This document shows, piece after piece, positions 23,896 through 36,844 of a stretch of 64,000 nucleotides of DNA; position 1 is the first letter of the stretch, and the number at the start of each line of letters is the position of its first letter. Under the pieces are notes generated by a model that saw only the letters and a list, made by a program, of their open reading frames with translations, was not told where the DNA came from and ran no database searches. The translations under genes and the position numbers were made by a program. The DNA lies in NCBI GenBank assembly GCA_026770705.1, contig JANJGN010000026.1, positions 28,210,001 through 28,274,000 of the forward strand, read 5' to 3'. This DNA comes from Isurus oxyrinchus (lineage: Eukaryota).

Positions 23896-23931
23896 TTCAC
23901 TTTCAACACAGTGGTTCAGTATGGAGCAGCA

Positions 23932-24020
23932 CTCTCTCTCTCTCTCTCTCCCTCTCTCTTTCACCCTGTCTTTTTCTCTTTCTTTCTCTCTCTCTCTCCC
24001 TCTCTCTCTCTCTCTTTCTC
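23932..24020. repeat. (CT)n microsatellite
   Basis: Seen directly. Confidence 0.9.
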
Positions 24021-24649
24021 CAGAACCACAAAGTCCTGAGCTGAAGCTCCCTTACTTGAGAGATGTCAGGCCCATACTCCAGTGCCGGCAGTGCCCCTGT
24101 GGCCCTGAATGAATATTGAACTAATGCACTTGCTGCCTTCCTGGCTGATATATGAAACAACAGTGAGTATCTGCCCTCTCATATGAAGTGTGAACACCCC
24201 ACGGTCGCAATTTCAAAAATGAGCAAGAAGAGCTTTCCCCAGGTTCCTACAATAATTGTCCTTCATTTAACACCATTGAAACCAGGGACCTGCTTATTTT
24301 TCCTTTCACATTTGTGGAATCTTGCTCTGTGAACATTTGCACGCCGTGACCAACTGATCTGCTCCTTTGCCTTTTAGTTATAGACTGCGATATTCGTGAC
24401 CTCAGGCCACCCGAACCATCTTTCTCGGTGAATAAAGTGTTCTTTTTTTGAGAAACGCTGCAACAAATTTGTGCAGTGGCAGGTCCCTAATCTCATTCTT
24501 ATCACCAAAAAGCATCCACCTGTTCATCGTTGTTTGCAGTGAAGGGCTTATCATATTAAAAATCGTGAATAATTTGAATCAATAGCCAGTGGATTTTACA
24601 AGAATGAGTGGTGATCTTACGGAAACATATTAGATCCTGAGCTGGAAGA

Positions 24650-24800
24650 TGGTGGTGGGGGTGGCTGGGGGGTGGAGGGGGGGGGGGGGGGGGGGGTGGG
24701 CGCGGGTGGGGGTGGTGCTGGGGGCGTGGCGGTGCGGAAGCAGGGTGGGGGATGGGAGCGTTGTGGGGTTGTGGGGTTGTGGGGTTGTGGGGTGGTGTGG
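24650..24800 (+). repeat. G-rich low-complexity tract including (TTGTGGGG)n; G-quadruplex potential
   Basis: Many G3+ runs and a ~20-nt poly-G. Confidence 0.85.
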
Positions 24801-24809
24801 TGCGTCTTG

Positions 24810-25170
24810 ACAGGGCTGGTACCGGAGAATGTTAACACTTGTGGGAGTGACCAGAACTAGGGGGCAGAGTTTAGGAATAAGGGGCCTACCTTTAAGGTGG
24901 AGATGAGCAGATTTGCTCTTCTCTCAGGGGGTCGTTAGTATGTGAAATTCTCTTTCCAAGAAGGCAGTGTAGGCTGATCAGTAAATGTATTCAAGGGTGA
25001 ATTATATTGTACTAACACCATGAATTGGACAGATTTTTTGATAGGAGTTTTAAGGCGCAGACGGGAAAGTGGAGTTGAGACCACAAGCAGATCAGCTATG
25101 TAACATATGGAATGGTGGATTAGATCCCTAGGGCTGAATGGTCTACCCATGCTCCTAAGCTCCATGGTCA
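24810..25170 (+). mobile_element. CR1 LINE 3' fragment
   Basis: GACCAGAACTAGGGGGCA...GGGCTGAATGGTCTAC...GCTCCT tail. Confidence 0.75.
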
Positions 25171-25785
25171 TATTTTCAATGTTTGGCGAGAGAGTGTGGA
25201 TGGGCTTTGGGAGGTTTGAAACACAAAATGACAATGACATGGTCTGGTGTAATATAAACAACCATGTGGAGCGGCTTAGTGTGATAGGAACTAAACAATT
25301 GTCCAGCACAACATGAACCGAGCCAAAATATGTCCTGACATAATCACAGGATGAGATCTAATCTCATCCAAGCTGATGTGGTTTAATGTAATAGGGACAA
25401 GATCTGATAAATCAATAGCAGAGATAGGAACTAATCAAATATAAAAGTGGACATCATTCACTGAAAACTGAGAAAGGCACTTACATTATATAAACAGAGA
25501 CACACTCAAGTACAATCATCATTGAAAACCGATTGTGGGTAAGTTAAACCAAGGCATTGCCGTGCACAGTATGAAATAAGGCAGGGTCTACTGTGATATT
25601 ACAAGTAACACGCTTTTGCAAACATTCAGGATGATGTGTTTCCTGCTTTGTACACACATGTACTCTACATTGGACATAAGCAAACGTGCATATTGAAACA
25701 CATACGCACATAGTTTACCTTAACGCACCCACACACACACAATCACACACACCTCCATACAATTACACAGACACACACGCACGCA

Positions 25786-25916
25786 NNNNNNNNNNNNNNN
25801 NNNNNNNNNNNNNNNNNNNNNNNNNNNNNNNNNNNNNNNNNNNNNNNNNNNNNNNNNNNNNNNNNNNNNNNNNNNNNNNNNNNNNNNNNNNNNNNNNNNN
25901 NNNNNNNNNNNNNNNN
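25786..25916. other. Assembly gap (131 N) next to a (CA)-rich tract
   Basis: Run of N. Confidence 1.
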
Positions 25917-26784
25917 ACATTTGGAGATTGTTAAAAGATTAACCCAAAATTTTCAACCAAACATTACATCCTCAGGATCTCAAAAAGCGCTAAGTCTCAA
26001 CTAATTTTCAAACATAGTTGATATTGTAATGCAGGAAATGTTATTTAAAGAGAAGGAGGCGGCAATGTGCAATAATTTGTGGTCAATAATAAATTTGTGG
26101 TCAATAGTAACAATTAATTATGTCACAAAATGATCAACATATCCCAGCAATTCAGATTACGAAATTGCTCGCCATTTTTTTCTGTCTACCCGGTGCCATT
26201 GTGCCATAGTCCACTGTCTAATTCTTCTTTGCCACAACACCTGCAACTTATGTACAAACTCTTGCCCTGAATGTGCCATTCTATGAAGTGAAGTGTCACG
26301 GAACAAGGATATTTCCTGTAATCTCCTTCTGTGAGCCGTGACACCGGTGAGCAGAGAGTTCTGCAAGTTTTAGCCAAAGCTGAAGTGCTGGAGCGCCATC
26401 CAGTGGTAACCTGCGGAAAACAATGATCCTTAATTTCTACCCGAATATTGCTGCATGATTTTGCTGAAGTATTATTACGTCAGATTATTATGAATGTTAT
26501 TACGTTGATTTTATTATTAGCATAACTTGTCTGTTTATTATTTTCCATTTTCTGTCGTTGCTGTTTTGCAGAAATTGTGAGATTATTTGGCTGAGTCCTC
26601 TTGTGTGCCTATTTGATTAACACAATATATGCTCATTTGCAATGACATTAATAATTCCACCATTGTAAGGTTGGATTGCAAATTCATAAATACGCATAAG
26701 TCTTCCTACTTCCCTAATCATTAAAGGTGGACACAAATCACAATTGAACAGGTCCATGAATGAAGGGTGATGGGTATTTTGCTA

Positions 26785-26819
<35 letters not shown>

Positions 26820-26820
<1 letters not shown>

Positions 26821-27058
26821 TGTGCAGTGTAACACACCACAGAGTCTGACAGCTGAACAGTGTTAACAGTGAGAGTGTTGGAGCCTTTCTCACGGTCCTT
26901 AGATACTTTAAATCTCCCTCAACGCTTTCATCCCTGTATTTGATGGTAAGACACTCGGGAGCTTGATTGGAGAAAGGTCAGTACAAGAGTCAAATTTCTG
27001 CCCTGAAAGTTCTCCGAAACGTCGATATCTGAAATCTCTCTGAGTGACAAGGAGCAGC
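26820..27058 (-). pseudogene. TRAV/TRDV pseudogene (paralog of 36875-37138)
   Basis: ...SNQAPECL...GRFKVSKDREKGSNTLTVNTVQLSDSVVCY with stops and frameshifts. The RSS position is occupied by a (CA)n/(TG)n tract at 26789-26824. Confidence 0.7.
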
Positions 27059-27141
27059 TGCCAAAACGACAATAAAATCAACTTAATGATATTTGAAAGC
27101 AGAATTAAATGGAGTGCCTGTGGATTTTGGCAATATAAACT

Positions 27142-27157
27142 GATCTATCTATCTATA

Positions 27158-27196
<39 letters not shown>
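27142..27196. repeat. (ATCT)n microsatellite
   Basis: Seen directly. A shorter homologous tract lies at ~37237-37278 in the paralog's intron. Confidence 0.9.
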
Positions 27197-27199
27197 AGC

Positions 27200-28262
27200 A
27201 GACTGGTGCTGCTCCTGGCATGCCCTCCTGCATTTTTCATTGAACCAGGGTTGATCCCCTGGCTTAATGGTAATGATAGACTGGCGGATATGCCGGGCCA
27301 TGAGGTTACAAATTGTGCTCGAGTACCATTCTGCTGCTGCTGATAGCCCACAGAGCCTCATGAATTCTCTGTCTTGAGTTGCTGGATCTGTTCACAATCT
27401 ATCCCATTTAGCACGTGGTGTTAGTGCCACATAACACAGTGGAGGGTATCCTCAATGTCAAGGCGGGTCTTCGTCTCCACAATGACTGTGAGGTGGTCAC
27501 TCCTACCGATACTGTCATTTACAGATGCATCTGCTTCAGGCAGGTTGATGAGGATGAGGTCAAGTCTGTTTTTCCCTCTTTTTGGCTCCCTCACCACCTG
27601 CCGCAGATGCAGTCTAGCAGCTGCGTCATTTAGGACTCGGCCAGCTCAGTCAGTAGTGGTGCTGCCGAGCCACTCTTGGTGATGGACATTGAAGTAACTC
27701 GCCCAGACTACATTCTGTGCCCTTGCCACCCTCAGTGCTTCCTCCAAATGATGTTCATCATGGAGGAGCACTGATTCATCAGCTGAGGGAGGGAGGTACG
27801 TGGTAACCAGCAGGAGGTTTCCTTGCCCATGTTTGACCTGATGCCACGAAACTTCATGGGACCTGGAGTCGATGTTAAGAGCTCCCAGAGCAACTCTCGA
27901 CAATATACAACTGTGCTGCCACCTCTGCTGGGTCTGCCCTGTCGGTGGTTTTGGTGCCTGGGACATTATCTGTAAGGTATGATTCCGTGAGGATTATCAG
28001 CCTACGTCAGGCTGATGCTTGACAAGACAATAAGGAACCTCTCTCACTTCTGGCAGGCGCCCCCAGCTGTCCGTAAGGAGGATTTTTCAGGGTCACAAGA
28101 CTGACATTGTGTTGTCATTTCTGGTACCATGTTGATGCTGGGTGGTTCGTCCAGTTCATTCCTTTTTTTGTGACTTTGTGACCTTGTTTACAATTGAGTG
28201 GCTTGCTCGGCCATTTCAGAGGGCATTTGAGTCAACCACATCGCTGTGGGTCTGGAGTCACA
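27200..28262 (-). mobile_element. CR1-like LINE endonuclease fragment
   Basis: ORF 27646-27966 (HEVSWHQVKHGQGNLLLVTTY.PPSADESVL...FNVHHQEWLGSTTTD) is an APE domain. Confidence 0.85.
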
Positions 28263-28592
28263 TGCTGAAACAGAAAAAAAAATCAGACCAGTTAAAAGGT
28301 ATGTGGGAAATGAGAAAAATAAAGATGAAATGTGCGTTGTCAAAAATTACGTGTCAGTAATGTTCCCCACACAACACAAATGCTGAATAGCCACATTATC
28401 GCTGTCCACTCTGTAAAACGGGAGTTGGATATTTGGAGACACCCGTTCTAAACCCCACCCTCAATAATCCCCTGTCCAGTCTCAGGATGTTCCCACCTCA
28501 TTTCCTTCAGTCCCCAGTGCTGCTTTCTTGAGTCGAAGTCCCCGCCGGTAAATGCGCAAAAAGAGCTTAACGGTGTTGCAAATAGTCGCTGA

Positions 28593-29143
28593 GGGTTTTG
28601 TACGGCGCCTTTGCTGTTATCTGACGCTGTGCCTCACTGCACAGTAAAAGGCCGCGCTGTCCTCCACACTCAGGCCGCTTATATTGAGGGACCCAGACTT
28701 TGTAGGCCAGTCAGCAGCCGCCAGATATTGTCCTGAGATTGTGTCTTCTATCAGCGCTATTGTTCTGCTGATTATCCAGCTGTGCCAGTTTCTGCCAATA
28801 CCATTGCATAAACTCAATATTCAGGGTTTTATATTCACAATGTAACTGCACAGAACCCCCATCTAATACGGTTGTTGTCAGCGGAGACTAAGCCACTGCA
28901 TCTGCAAATAGTCCACCTGTGGAGTTTGAGGAATAAAAAACCACGAGGTGAAATCTAAACCTGTTTCCACCTGTATCTATGTGCAAATTCCCATCTACCA
29001 AGCTGTCTATAATATGTATGTACCTGATCGCTAACCGCATTAAGTCATAATATCAAACTCTTTGCATCAATCTGCTAACCTACCTTGGTGAACATAATCC
29101 AGTACTTACTACCTAACAGCGAGGCCAGTATTATCAGAAACAT
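28593..29143 (-). pseudogene. TRAV/TRDV pseudogene (leader 29143-29110, V exon 28916-28632, 23-RSS 28631-28593)
   Basis: Leader MFLIILASLLG with GTAAGT donor. V has an FR1 TAG and a frameshift, and ends SLNISGLSVEDSAAFYCAVR. RSS CACAGCG-23-ACAAAACCC. Confidence 0.88.
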
Positions 29144-29599
29144 GCCTGAGTGAATCTCCCTCATTGATTGTGAATGGAATCAGCCAGAAATTGAGAAGGA
29201 GAGAGGGGACTCGGGCTCTGTTCAGCTCATTCTTCCAACTGCACACTGCAGGGGGCCAGGCCCATTGTGACCTCACTCAGGCTAACAGCCTTATTGGCTC
29301 CGGTGTTGGTCACATGTGACTTTCTAATCAACATTCATGAGCCTGGCGTCCTCTGCTGGCCGATTCCGTTCAAAGCGGTTTAGAATGGGGCCATTGAGTG
29401 AATGTAGGATTCATTTGTATAAAAACTCGGAAGAGTTACATATTAAAACAGGCATGTCAAATATTGTTTCCCAGGAATTTAAATTGGTGCTGATTATACT
29501 CAGGCTTTTTTTTAAATGTTTATGCCAGAGAATAATGCAATTCTTTCCATATTACTATTTAAAAATCAGGGAACCACTATTTAGATAGAATGACAAGAT

Positions 29600-30070
29600 A
29601 TTGGAAATTAAACATAAGAAATAATACACCAGGCAGGTACCAAAGGATGGCGGCCTTAAATGTAAACAGACAAGAGAAACTGGCACTATTCATTTATCAA
29701 ATGATTTAAAGGAGATACCTAATTGAAGTTCTCAAAATTGTAAGAGGTCTGATGCAATAAATCATGCATAATTGTACCTAGTAGCGGAAAATTCGATAAC
29801 ACATGCACCCCATTTTCAGAGAAAAAAAGATAAGAAAAAGGTGAAATTCACTTATTAAACTGTGTTAAAATCTGAAATGGACGACCCAAAGGGTGGAAGA
29901 ATAACATTCAGTCGCAAACTTCAAAAATAAATTGTTTGTAAGTTGAAAATGGGAAAACTTGCCCCTCATGCGGAAATTGCGAGAGTTGAAAGGCGGTTTT
30001 AATAACTCTTCCAAACAGACACTGGGATGGTATGGCAAATAGTCTCATTTAGTGATTTAAGTTTCAATGA
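29600..30070 (+). mobile_element. Old CR1 3' fragment
   Basis: Decayed CR1 C-terminal motifs. Its inverted paralog is split across ~42200-42360 and 46790-46960. Confidence 0.6.
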
Positions 30071-30406
30071 TTCAAGTTTCTCCATGCCTCTTCTGCTCTA
30101 TTTGTTCTCTGTCACTTGAACAGTGAGCAGGTGCAGGATTATCACAAACTTGTGAAGTTTCAACCGTCGCTATTTCCGTTCCCTCAGTTCAGAAAGCAGC
30201 TGAGAGTCACCGTACATCTTACTCAATATTTAGTCTGCGGTATCTCCGCTCACAGCTGTCGCTCTGACCCGATGGTGTTATTGGCGAGATTGCTGCCGGT
30301 GGTTCATTCTTTTCATTGTTTGGGTGAGCAGTGCAGTGGGACAAGAATCAGTATTTCTGCTTTGACACAGGATGTTTTGCATGTAAGTTACAGACTCAGG
30401 ACCTAA

Positions 30407-30951
30407 CGTGGGGAACAATTTCACTCCACTCCTCAATGTTAAATGATTTCTCAGCAAGCATCTCCTTCCTGGTAAAGTCCATTGTCCTCCTTATTGCTGT
30501 GACCCAGATGTCATTGTTGTTAAATTAATGGTGATGGCGGTGATGATGATTATGTTGACCAACACGAAGCTGATGCTAACTATTGTTTTTACTTTTCTTT
30601 AATATTAGATTGGGGCCACCAAGACACAGTAGAACAGCCGGTTCATGAAATAATGGCTGAAGAGGAAATTAATGCTGCAAAAACTTGCATTTTGAAAGCA
30701 AGCAATCGCAGCTTTTATTGTACTGGCACAGTGAACATCCCAGGCAGCCTCCAGAGTACGTGCTTCATCATTTTGGAGAGAATGTGTACAGGAGCACCAA
30801 TATCACTGATCGGTTTTCTTCTACGCTTAATAAAACTGCCAATATCACTGATCTAACGATCGGCAACACAATGATTTCCGACTCCGCCGTGTATTTCTGT
30901 GCCATGAGTCCAACACTGCTGCAGAGAGATAGCGGATCCCAGGCAAAAACT
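30407..30951 (+). pseudogene. TRAV/TRDV pseudogene (V exon 30609-30911), paralog of 41304-41794
   Basis: WGHQDTVEQPVHEI...C, a 1-nt frameshift before YW, then ...ISDSAVYFCAMSP. Leader decayed. RSS AACACTG-24-GCAAAAACT. Confidence 0.88.
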
Positions 30952-31845
30952 CACAGGGTTTTTCAGCAGAGGGCGCTCTCACACCAACAAAAAGAAAGGA
31001 GTAATTCAACTTTGAATGTGAGATCACGCGGACCTTTTTAAAAGATCATAAAACATTTAACATTCAGCTGATTAGATTAGTTTGTCTTTAAAATTTGAAT
31101 GTATAATAAAAACGGACTTTGTAAATAGCAATGTAATGCTTCAATTACACTTTTCTTTTTCGAAGCATTTCCCTGCTGACTTGTTTATCATCCCGCCTCC
31201 ATTCGGCAAACAGAATTGTATACAGTTTCTTCCTTCAGTCTTTAATCTACGGAGTTGGGTTTGCTACTTCTATTGGGTATTAATTAACAACCAAGAGAGC
31301 TAATTAATGAAAATTTTGCTTATTATTGAATAATATTATAACCCTGATACTTCTGACCCGAAACTCTCTCCCCAGTATAGAATGAATGTGGAAGCGCCGC
31401 AACTCTTCTAGAAAGGCAGAGTTATATCCTTTTCGAAGGGGTCATTACCACTGAATTCACTTCCTTGCACATGAATCCAAATGTGTTCTGCCTGCTTTAA
31501 CACCGCCCACAGCATCGCCCACTGCTGTCGTCAGTATGACTCGGCTTCCTTGCCCTTTATTATTGGAGAGTTTGTTGCCTTTGTTCTCTGTCTGGAATTG
31601 ATTGGATGTGGGCGGCCCTGTGGGCGGGCCTGAGAGGCATTATGAACCGGTGTCAGTGTGAATTCTGAAGCGGTAAGCCCCAAGGCTCGGCTTCTTTCGT
31701 TAGTCCGGCAGAAAATCGCCTCTGAGTTTGACCTGAAGCGGGTGTTTGGCTCCTTGTTAAATCTTCATAATATAATATCCATTTCCTGGCCGTAACCTGA
31801 TCTCCGTGGACAATTGCTTCTGCCGATGTTTCATGTGATCTGATA

Positions 31846-32217
31846 ATGCTCTGGATTTACAGAATCTGTTTGCTCTTACCCATTCTGATCTACAGTGAAA
31901 TGACAGCTGAAGATGAGGTGACGCAGTTCCCAGTGAGGATGGTTTTCAGTGAAACGGGAATTGTATCCATGAACTGCACCATCACAAAATTGATGAGCAC
32001 GGTGCATTGGTACAGGCAGCTCCCCAATCAGTCACCCCAACATCTTGTGATGGCCACAAGAGGAACTGATCAAAACGGGAGGATCACTGCTTCAATCGGG
32101 GGAGCCAACAAACTCAGTATCCTGACTGTGAGAGACGCTGAGGTTACAGACACCGCCACCTATCTATGTGCCGTGAGCCACAGTGTAGCAAGCAAATTGA
32201 GAGCTCGTACAGAAACC
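31846..32217 (+). CDS. Intact TRAV/TRDV segment with leader and V in a single exon (coding 31846-32178, 23-RSS 32179-32217)
   Basis: MLWIYRICLLLPILIYSEMTAEDEVTQFP...MNCTI...VHWYRQLPNQSPQHLV...DTATYLCAVS in one frame. RSS CACAGTG-23-ACAGAAACC. Confidence 0.9.
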
Positions 32218-32944
32218 TGCACAGAGTGGGAACTCCACTCTACTGTGTTTCCACGATCGACTTGCAATGCTGTGGTAATAATGATACGTGGGCCGTGCGT
32301 GTGTTTGTGTCGGGGGTGCGGCATGGGAGACGAAGTGTCGCTGAGCGCAAAGGCAAGACAGTATAATATATAAAGATTTAAAGGTGATCAGAAATGCAAG
32401 GAGTTAGAAACATAGACGCAGAGAAAGGAAGAGCAAACACGCAAGCCAAAATGAGTGAGCAGCAAAGGAAAAGTGAATAGGTACAGGAATCATAAGTGAG
32501 AAGGCCATAAAATGAGATAAGTATCGAAAAATAAATGAAAGAAAGAAAGTGGAAAATAACGAGCATCATTCACAAGAGTTTAAAGGTAAGATGAAATCTT
32601 AAATGTAAAGAATCCCAAATAAAGTAGAATTCCTTTTTCATTAATAACACTCATATTTCCTTGCTAATTGCAAAGCTGAATTTTCTGAAGATGTTAACTA
32701 AAAACTGGTCATTGAATACTGCCACATGGCCATATTTCCAATTTTCTCTTTGTTCTGATGGTGAAAAATTCTAAGAGTTTCCTCTAGGGGGCGCAGTGAT
32801 CTCACGTTCCATCCTGTTATCGACTTGGCATTACAGAGACAGAGCTGGCAGTAATCCTACACAGGCAACCCCGCCCACAGGTTCCCTTCGTTTTTACTCG
32901 TTTTGACCTTAATTGCCTGCTATGTGGTAGTGGGTACATTTAAC

Positions 32945-33320
32945 GGCAAGACAGTGGTGTAGTGGTTATGTTGTTGCACTAATAATTGTGCGACTCTGGA
33001 GGGTGCTGCACGGTTTAAATCACTCCACACAGCATGTGGTAAAATTAAAATTAAATAACAAAATCTGGACATGAAAGCTAGTTTTGTAATAGTGAACATG
33101 AAAGCAACATTGATTGGTGCACCAATGCCCTTTTGGGGAAGGAAATCTGCAATCCTTACCTGGTCTGGTCTACACATGTGACTCCAGACCCACAGCAATG
33201 TGGCTGGCTCTTAACTGCCTTCCGAAATAGCTCTGGCCAGCCGTTCAGTTCGTGGGCAATTAGGGATGGGCAACAAATCGGTCCTGTCTTCGACGCCCAT
33301 ATCCCATCAAATAATTTTAA
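32945..33320 (+). mobile_element. tRNA-derived SINE with CR1-like tail
   Basis: GACAGTGGTGTAGTGGTTATG head and GGGCAATTAGGGATGGGCAA tail. Confidence 0.75.
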
Positions 33321-33609
33321 AAGCCAAAACGAATGGTAAGGAGTATTCTAAACAAACTAGTGATATCTCCAGATGATGTGTGAATGGTTCGTTGGCAGCC
33401 GCCCAAATGCAGCATGAAGAAATAAAGAAAGAAACGAGACAAGAACACACCAGCAAAAAAAAAAACACATGAAAAGTTGGAGGCAGAGGTCTTCATCTAT
33501 AATTGTTGAACACATTGTTGAATCCAGAAAGCTGTAAAGAGCACTGAAAAATAGCAGCACTGCTTTGAAATTGGTATCAGTGTTTTTATACTTCCTTACA
33601 TATTGTCAG

Positions 33610-34030
33610 CCCTGGTTAAGATGGTGACACACTCCCAGCTGAATCCCAATGTTCTGGGTTCAACCTCACTCCAGGACTTGAGCACAAAAATCAAGGCTGA
33701 CGCTCAGATGCATCACTGAATGAGAATTGCATCACCAGAGGTGACGTCTTTTGGATAAGACATTAACCCGATCTGCACCTCTCTGCTTAGGTGAATGTAA
33801 AATATCTCATGACATTTTTCCTAAGATAAGCATGGGAATTATCCAATTGTTATCTCTCAATCAACATCAGAAATTCTGGTTACCCCAATACTTTATGTGA
33901 GAATTTGTCGGGTGGACATTAACCACTACTTTTCCTACATTACAACAATGACCACTCTTCAAAAAGCACTTCGATGGCTTTACGCCCTTTGAGACGTCAA
34001 CTAATCGTGAAAAATGCAAACTGACTGAAA
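33610..34030 (+). mobile_element. tRNA-derived SINE (Deu-domain-like)
   Basis: GGGTTCAA B-box followed by a body similar to fragments at 24040-24350 and 15320-15560 (minus). Family assignment by resemblance. Confidence 0.55.
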
Positions 34031-34419
34031 GTTTATTTCGTTTTTGATTATCATTTACGATGCTATTACCACTGTTGACATATTAAAACATCAGCACGAA
34101 AGGGTCATTATGCACCCATCTGGATAAGGTTCAAAGAACGAAATCATATTTTAGGACTGGAATAATAAAGGTGTGAGAACAAAGTGTGCAACAAGAATTC
34201 ACTGAGACTGGAGGAGGGAAACACAACGGAATTGTTGGATTTTACAAAGGAAGGCGAGAATTAGGGTCTCTCTGGAAAAGCAAACAACACCAAAAAGGAG
34301 GGGAAATCTGTTCTCATTTACAACTATCCTGTGAAGTACAATTTGCCGGATTCAGCGGCAATAAAAGCACCGCGCAATTATTAGTACACGCCACAAGAGG
34401 GCAGTTTGAAACACTGATT

Positions 34420-34590
34420 GTGGGCGGCCCGGTGTGAGCTCAGAGACTGTGAGCTGGTCTCAGTCAAAAACACTGAGTATGGGCTGCCCGGTGTGAGCTC
34501 AGATAATGTAAGTTGGTCTCAGTGAGAAAAACTGAGTGTGTGCGGCCCGGTGTCAGCTCAGAAAGTGTGAGCTGCTGTCCTGGAGAAAGG
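34420..34590 (+). repeat. ~61-bp tandem triplication of a V-promoter segment
   Basis: GGCCCGGTGTGAGCTCAGA...GAGCTGGTCTCAGT repeated about 3 times. Homologous to single copies upstream of V 31846 and V 61172. Confidence 0.7.
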
Positions 34591-35170
34591 CTGATTGCGA
34601 GATGCCGCCTGTGATTGAGAGGCAAGGAAAGTCTTGCTTCAATTGAATAGAAGCTTGGTTAGGCCGCACCTGGAGCACTGTGTGCAGTTTATGTCCTCTT
34701 ACCACAGAAATAGTATCACAATAGAGGGACTGCAACGAAGATTCACGAAACTTGATCCTGGGATGGTGGGGCTGTCTTATGAGGAGAGATAGGGGAAACT
34801 GGGCCTGTATTCTCTAAAGTTTCGAAGAATGAGAGGTGATCTGATGACTTAAAGATGACTTAAAGAGCTGCATTAGGGTAGATACAGACAAGATGTTTCT
34901 CCCGGTTGGGGAGTCTAGAACCAGGGGACACAATTTCAAAACAACAGGGAAGCCTCTTAGGCCAAGATGAGGAGAAATTTCTTTGTTCAGAGGGCTGCAA
35001 ATCTTTGGAATTCTCCATCCCAAAGGGCCGTGGAAACTCAGTCATTGAGTGTAGTTGAGGTAGAGATTGATAGATTTCTGATTAATAATAACGTAAAGGG
35101 TTATGGAGATAGTGTGGGTAAAAGGCAGGGCAGGCTCGACGGGCGGAAAGGTCTTCTCCTGTTCCTATGT
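34590..35170 (+). mobile_element. CR1 LINE 3' fragment
   Basis: LVRPHLEHCVQF...MRRNFFVQR..NLWNS coding remnants. Confidence 0.85.
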
Positions 35171-35387
35171 AAGCTGCCGTTAGTGAGAAGCACCAAAAGT
35201 GGGAGCTCTGGAGGAGGTACATCCCGAGCACAGGTTATTTCGGGTTTTCACACGAAGTAACCTCTGAGTTGGGTCTGGAGCAGGGGTTTGGCTGGTTGTT
35301 AATTCTCCTAAATCTAATCCCCATGTCCTGGTTCTAACCCGATCTCTGTGGACAGCTCGTTCTACCAGCATTTCATCCGGTCCAGTA

Positions 35388-35763
35388 ATGTTTTGATTTA
35401 CCAAGCTTTTGTGCTGGTTTACACACTTCTCTACACGGATGAGGCAAGTGAAGATGAGGTGGTGCAGCTCCCCGGGCGGCTGGTTTTCATTGTAGCAGGA
35501 ATCGTATCCATGAACTGCTCAGCTACTGCTGTGTCCACCACTCTGCACTGGGGCAGACACCGCCTGAATAAGCCCCCCACCCATCCCCCAGCATCTGGCG
35601 ATGGCCACAAGTGGGACCGATCAACAAGGAAGGATCACTGCTTCAACCCGGGGAGGCAATAAATTCAGCACCATGACAGTGAGGGACGTCCGAGTTACAG
35701 ACAGAGCCACCTATCTCTGCGCCTACAGGCCACAGTGTAACAAATAGAGTCCGTGCAGAAATC
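35388..35763 (+). pseudogene. Pseudogene of the intronless-leader V family
   Basis: ATG at 35388, frameshifts, SEDEVVQLPGRLVF...SMNCS...TYLCA. RSS CACAGTG with a 17-nt spacer. Confidence 0.85.
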
Positions 35764-36559
35764 TACTCCCAGTGGGGGAGCCGCTCTGCTGTGTTTTGGA
35801 GTATCCAGTAATAACAATGGAAATCTCTCGTGCATGAACTTAAAATAGAAAATAGTGAAGAGACAGAGTTCAAAAAGTGCGAAATAAAGATAATTGGGAA
35901 CACAGACAGGGAAAACAGAGCAGCAAATATGGAAAGGGAGAATGAGAGCAAGAATGGGTTGAAAAGTTTGCCAATTCATGTCAGGGAGAGGATATCAACA
36001 AAACAAGAAAAGATGAATAAAGGAAAGTACAAATAACGAGTGGGAAAAACAAATGTAAAAATAAACCTTGAAGGAAAAGATGCAACAACGAGAAAACTGC
36101 ATTTTCTTTTAAACTCCCTTCCCCAAGAGATATTTCAATTGCCTGAAACAGGTCTCTGAATAAAAGGCCGCTGGGTGCAGCCGGAAGATATTGATCCCTT
36201 TATGAGGTACATTTCTCCAGACTCCATTCATTCTGTTAGGAAAGAATTTTACTGGATTCGAACACCCAGCGCCTGATATGTTCCTTTCCAGAGTCACTGT
36301 CAGAAAACGACAGGATTCCCCTCAGTTTCCTCCACATGGTGGATAACTGACATGTTCAGATATGAGCCGCTGGGTTAGGGAGCAGCAGATCAACAAACTG
36401 CTTCTTACATAATCAGTTCCAAGCAATGCAGGAGCAGAAATTCCACGTCACTTTAAACGGTTTTCTTTAGTTATCCAGCTGCTCAATTTGTTTGCCCGAT
36501 TCGTGTTCATCTAAAGCCAGGAAATATCCTGTTTGCTTATTGACTTCTGAACTGTGAGT

Positions 36560-36596
36560 ATGTATCTAGTATTCGTCATTCTGGCGCTGCTGAGAT
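36560..36596 (+). other. Orphan V leader exon
   Basis: MYLVFVILALLR with phase-1 GTAGGT donor and upstream CCACGTCAC. No plus-strand V exon follows. Confidence 0.55.
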
Positions 36597-36844
36597 GTAG
36601 GTACAGTAACTGTAATCAATAACAAGCAAGTGCATCTTTCTTTCCTCTGGTTGCCTCAGTGCTTCAGTGCTTGTCTGTCTTTTACTGTCGATATCTCTCA
36701 TACCGATAAAAGAATGTTATTTTATTCTATTAAATTACTCTGATAACAAAATGTACCATTTTTTGACTGATTTTACTTGTATCATGCGCACTTTGAAAAC
36801 CCTGGGGCTGGTTGTCTCCTCAGTCTCTATGTCGAGTGAGTCTA

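Noticed and set aside
24617-24860. Pro-rich and Gly-rich ORFs (also 57662-58002, 23903-24160)
   Set aside because: Translations of low-complexity or microsatellite DNA.
25686-25934. ORFs spanning the N run
   Set aside because: Artefact of the assembly gap.
26157-26410. Ig-like fragment on the minus strand (RLTEGDYRKYPCSV)
   Set aside because: Only one weak motif, with no WYxQ, first Cys context or RSS. Cannot be supported without a search.
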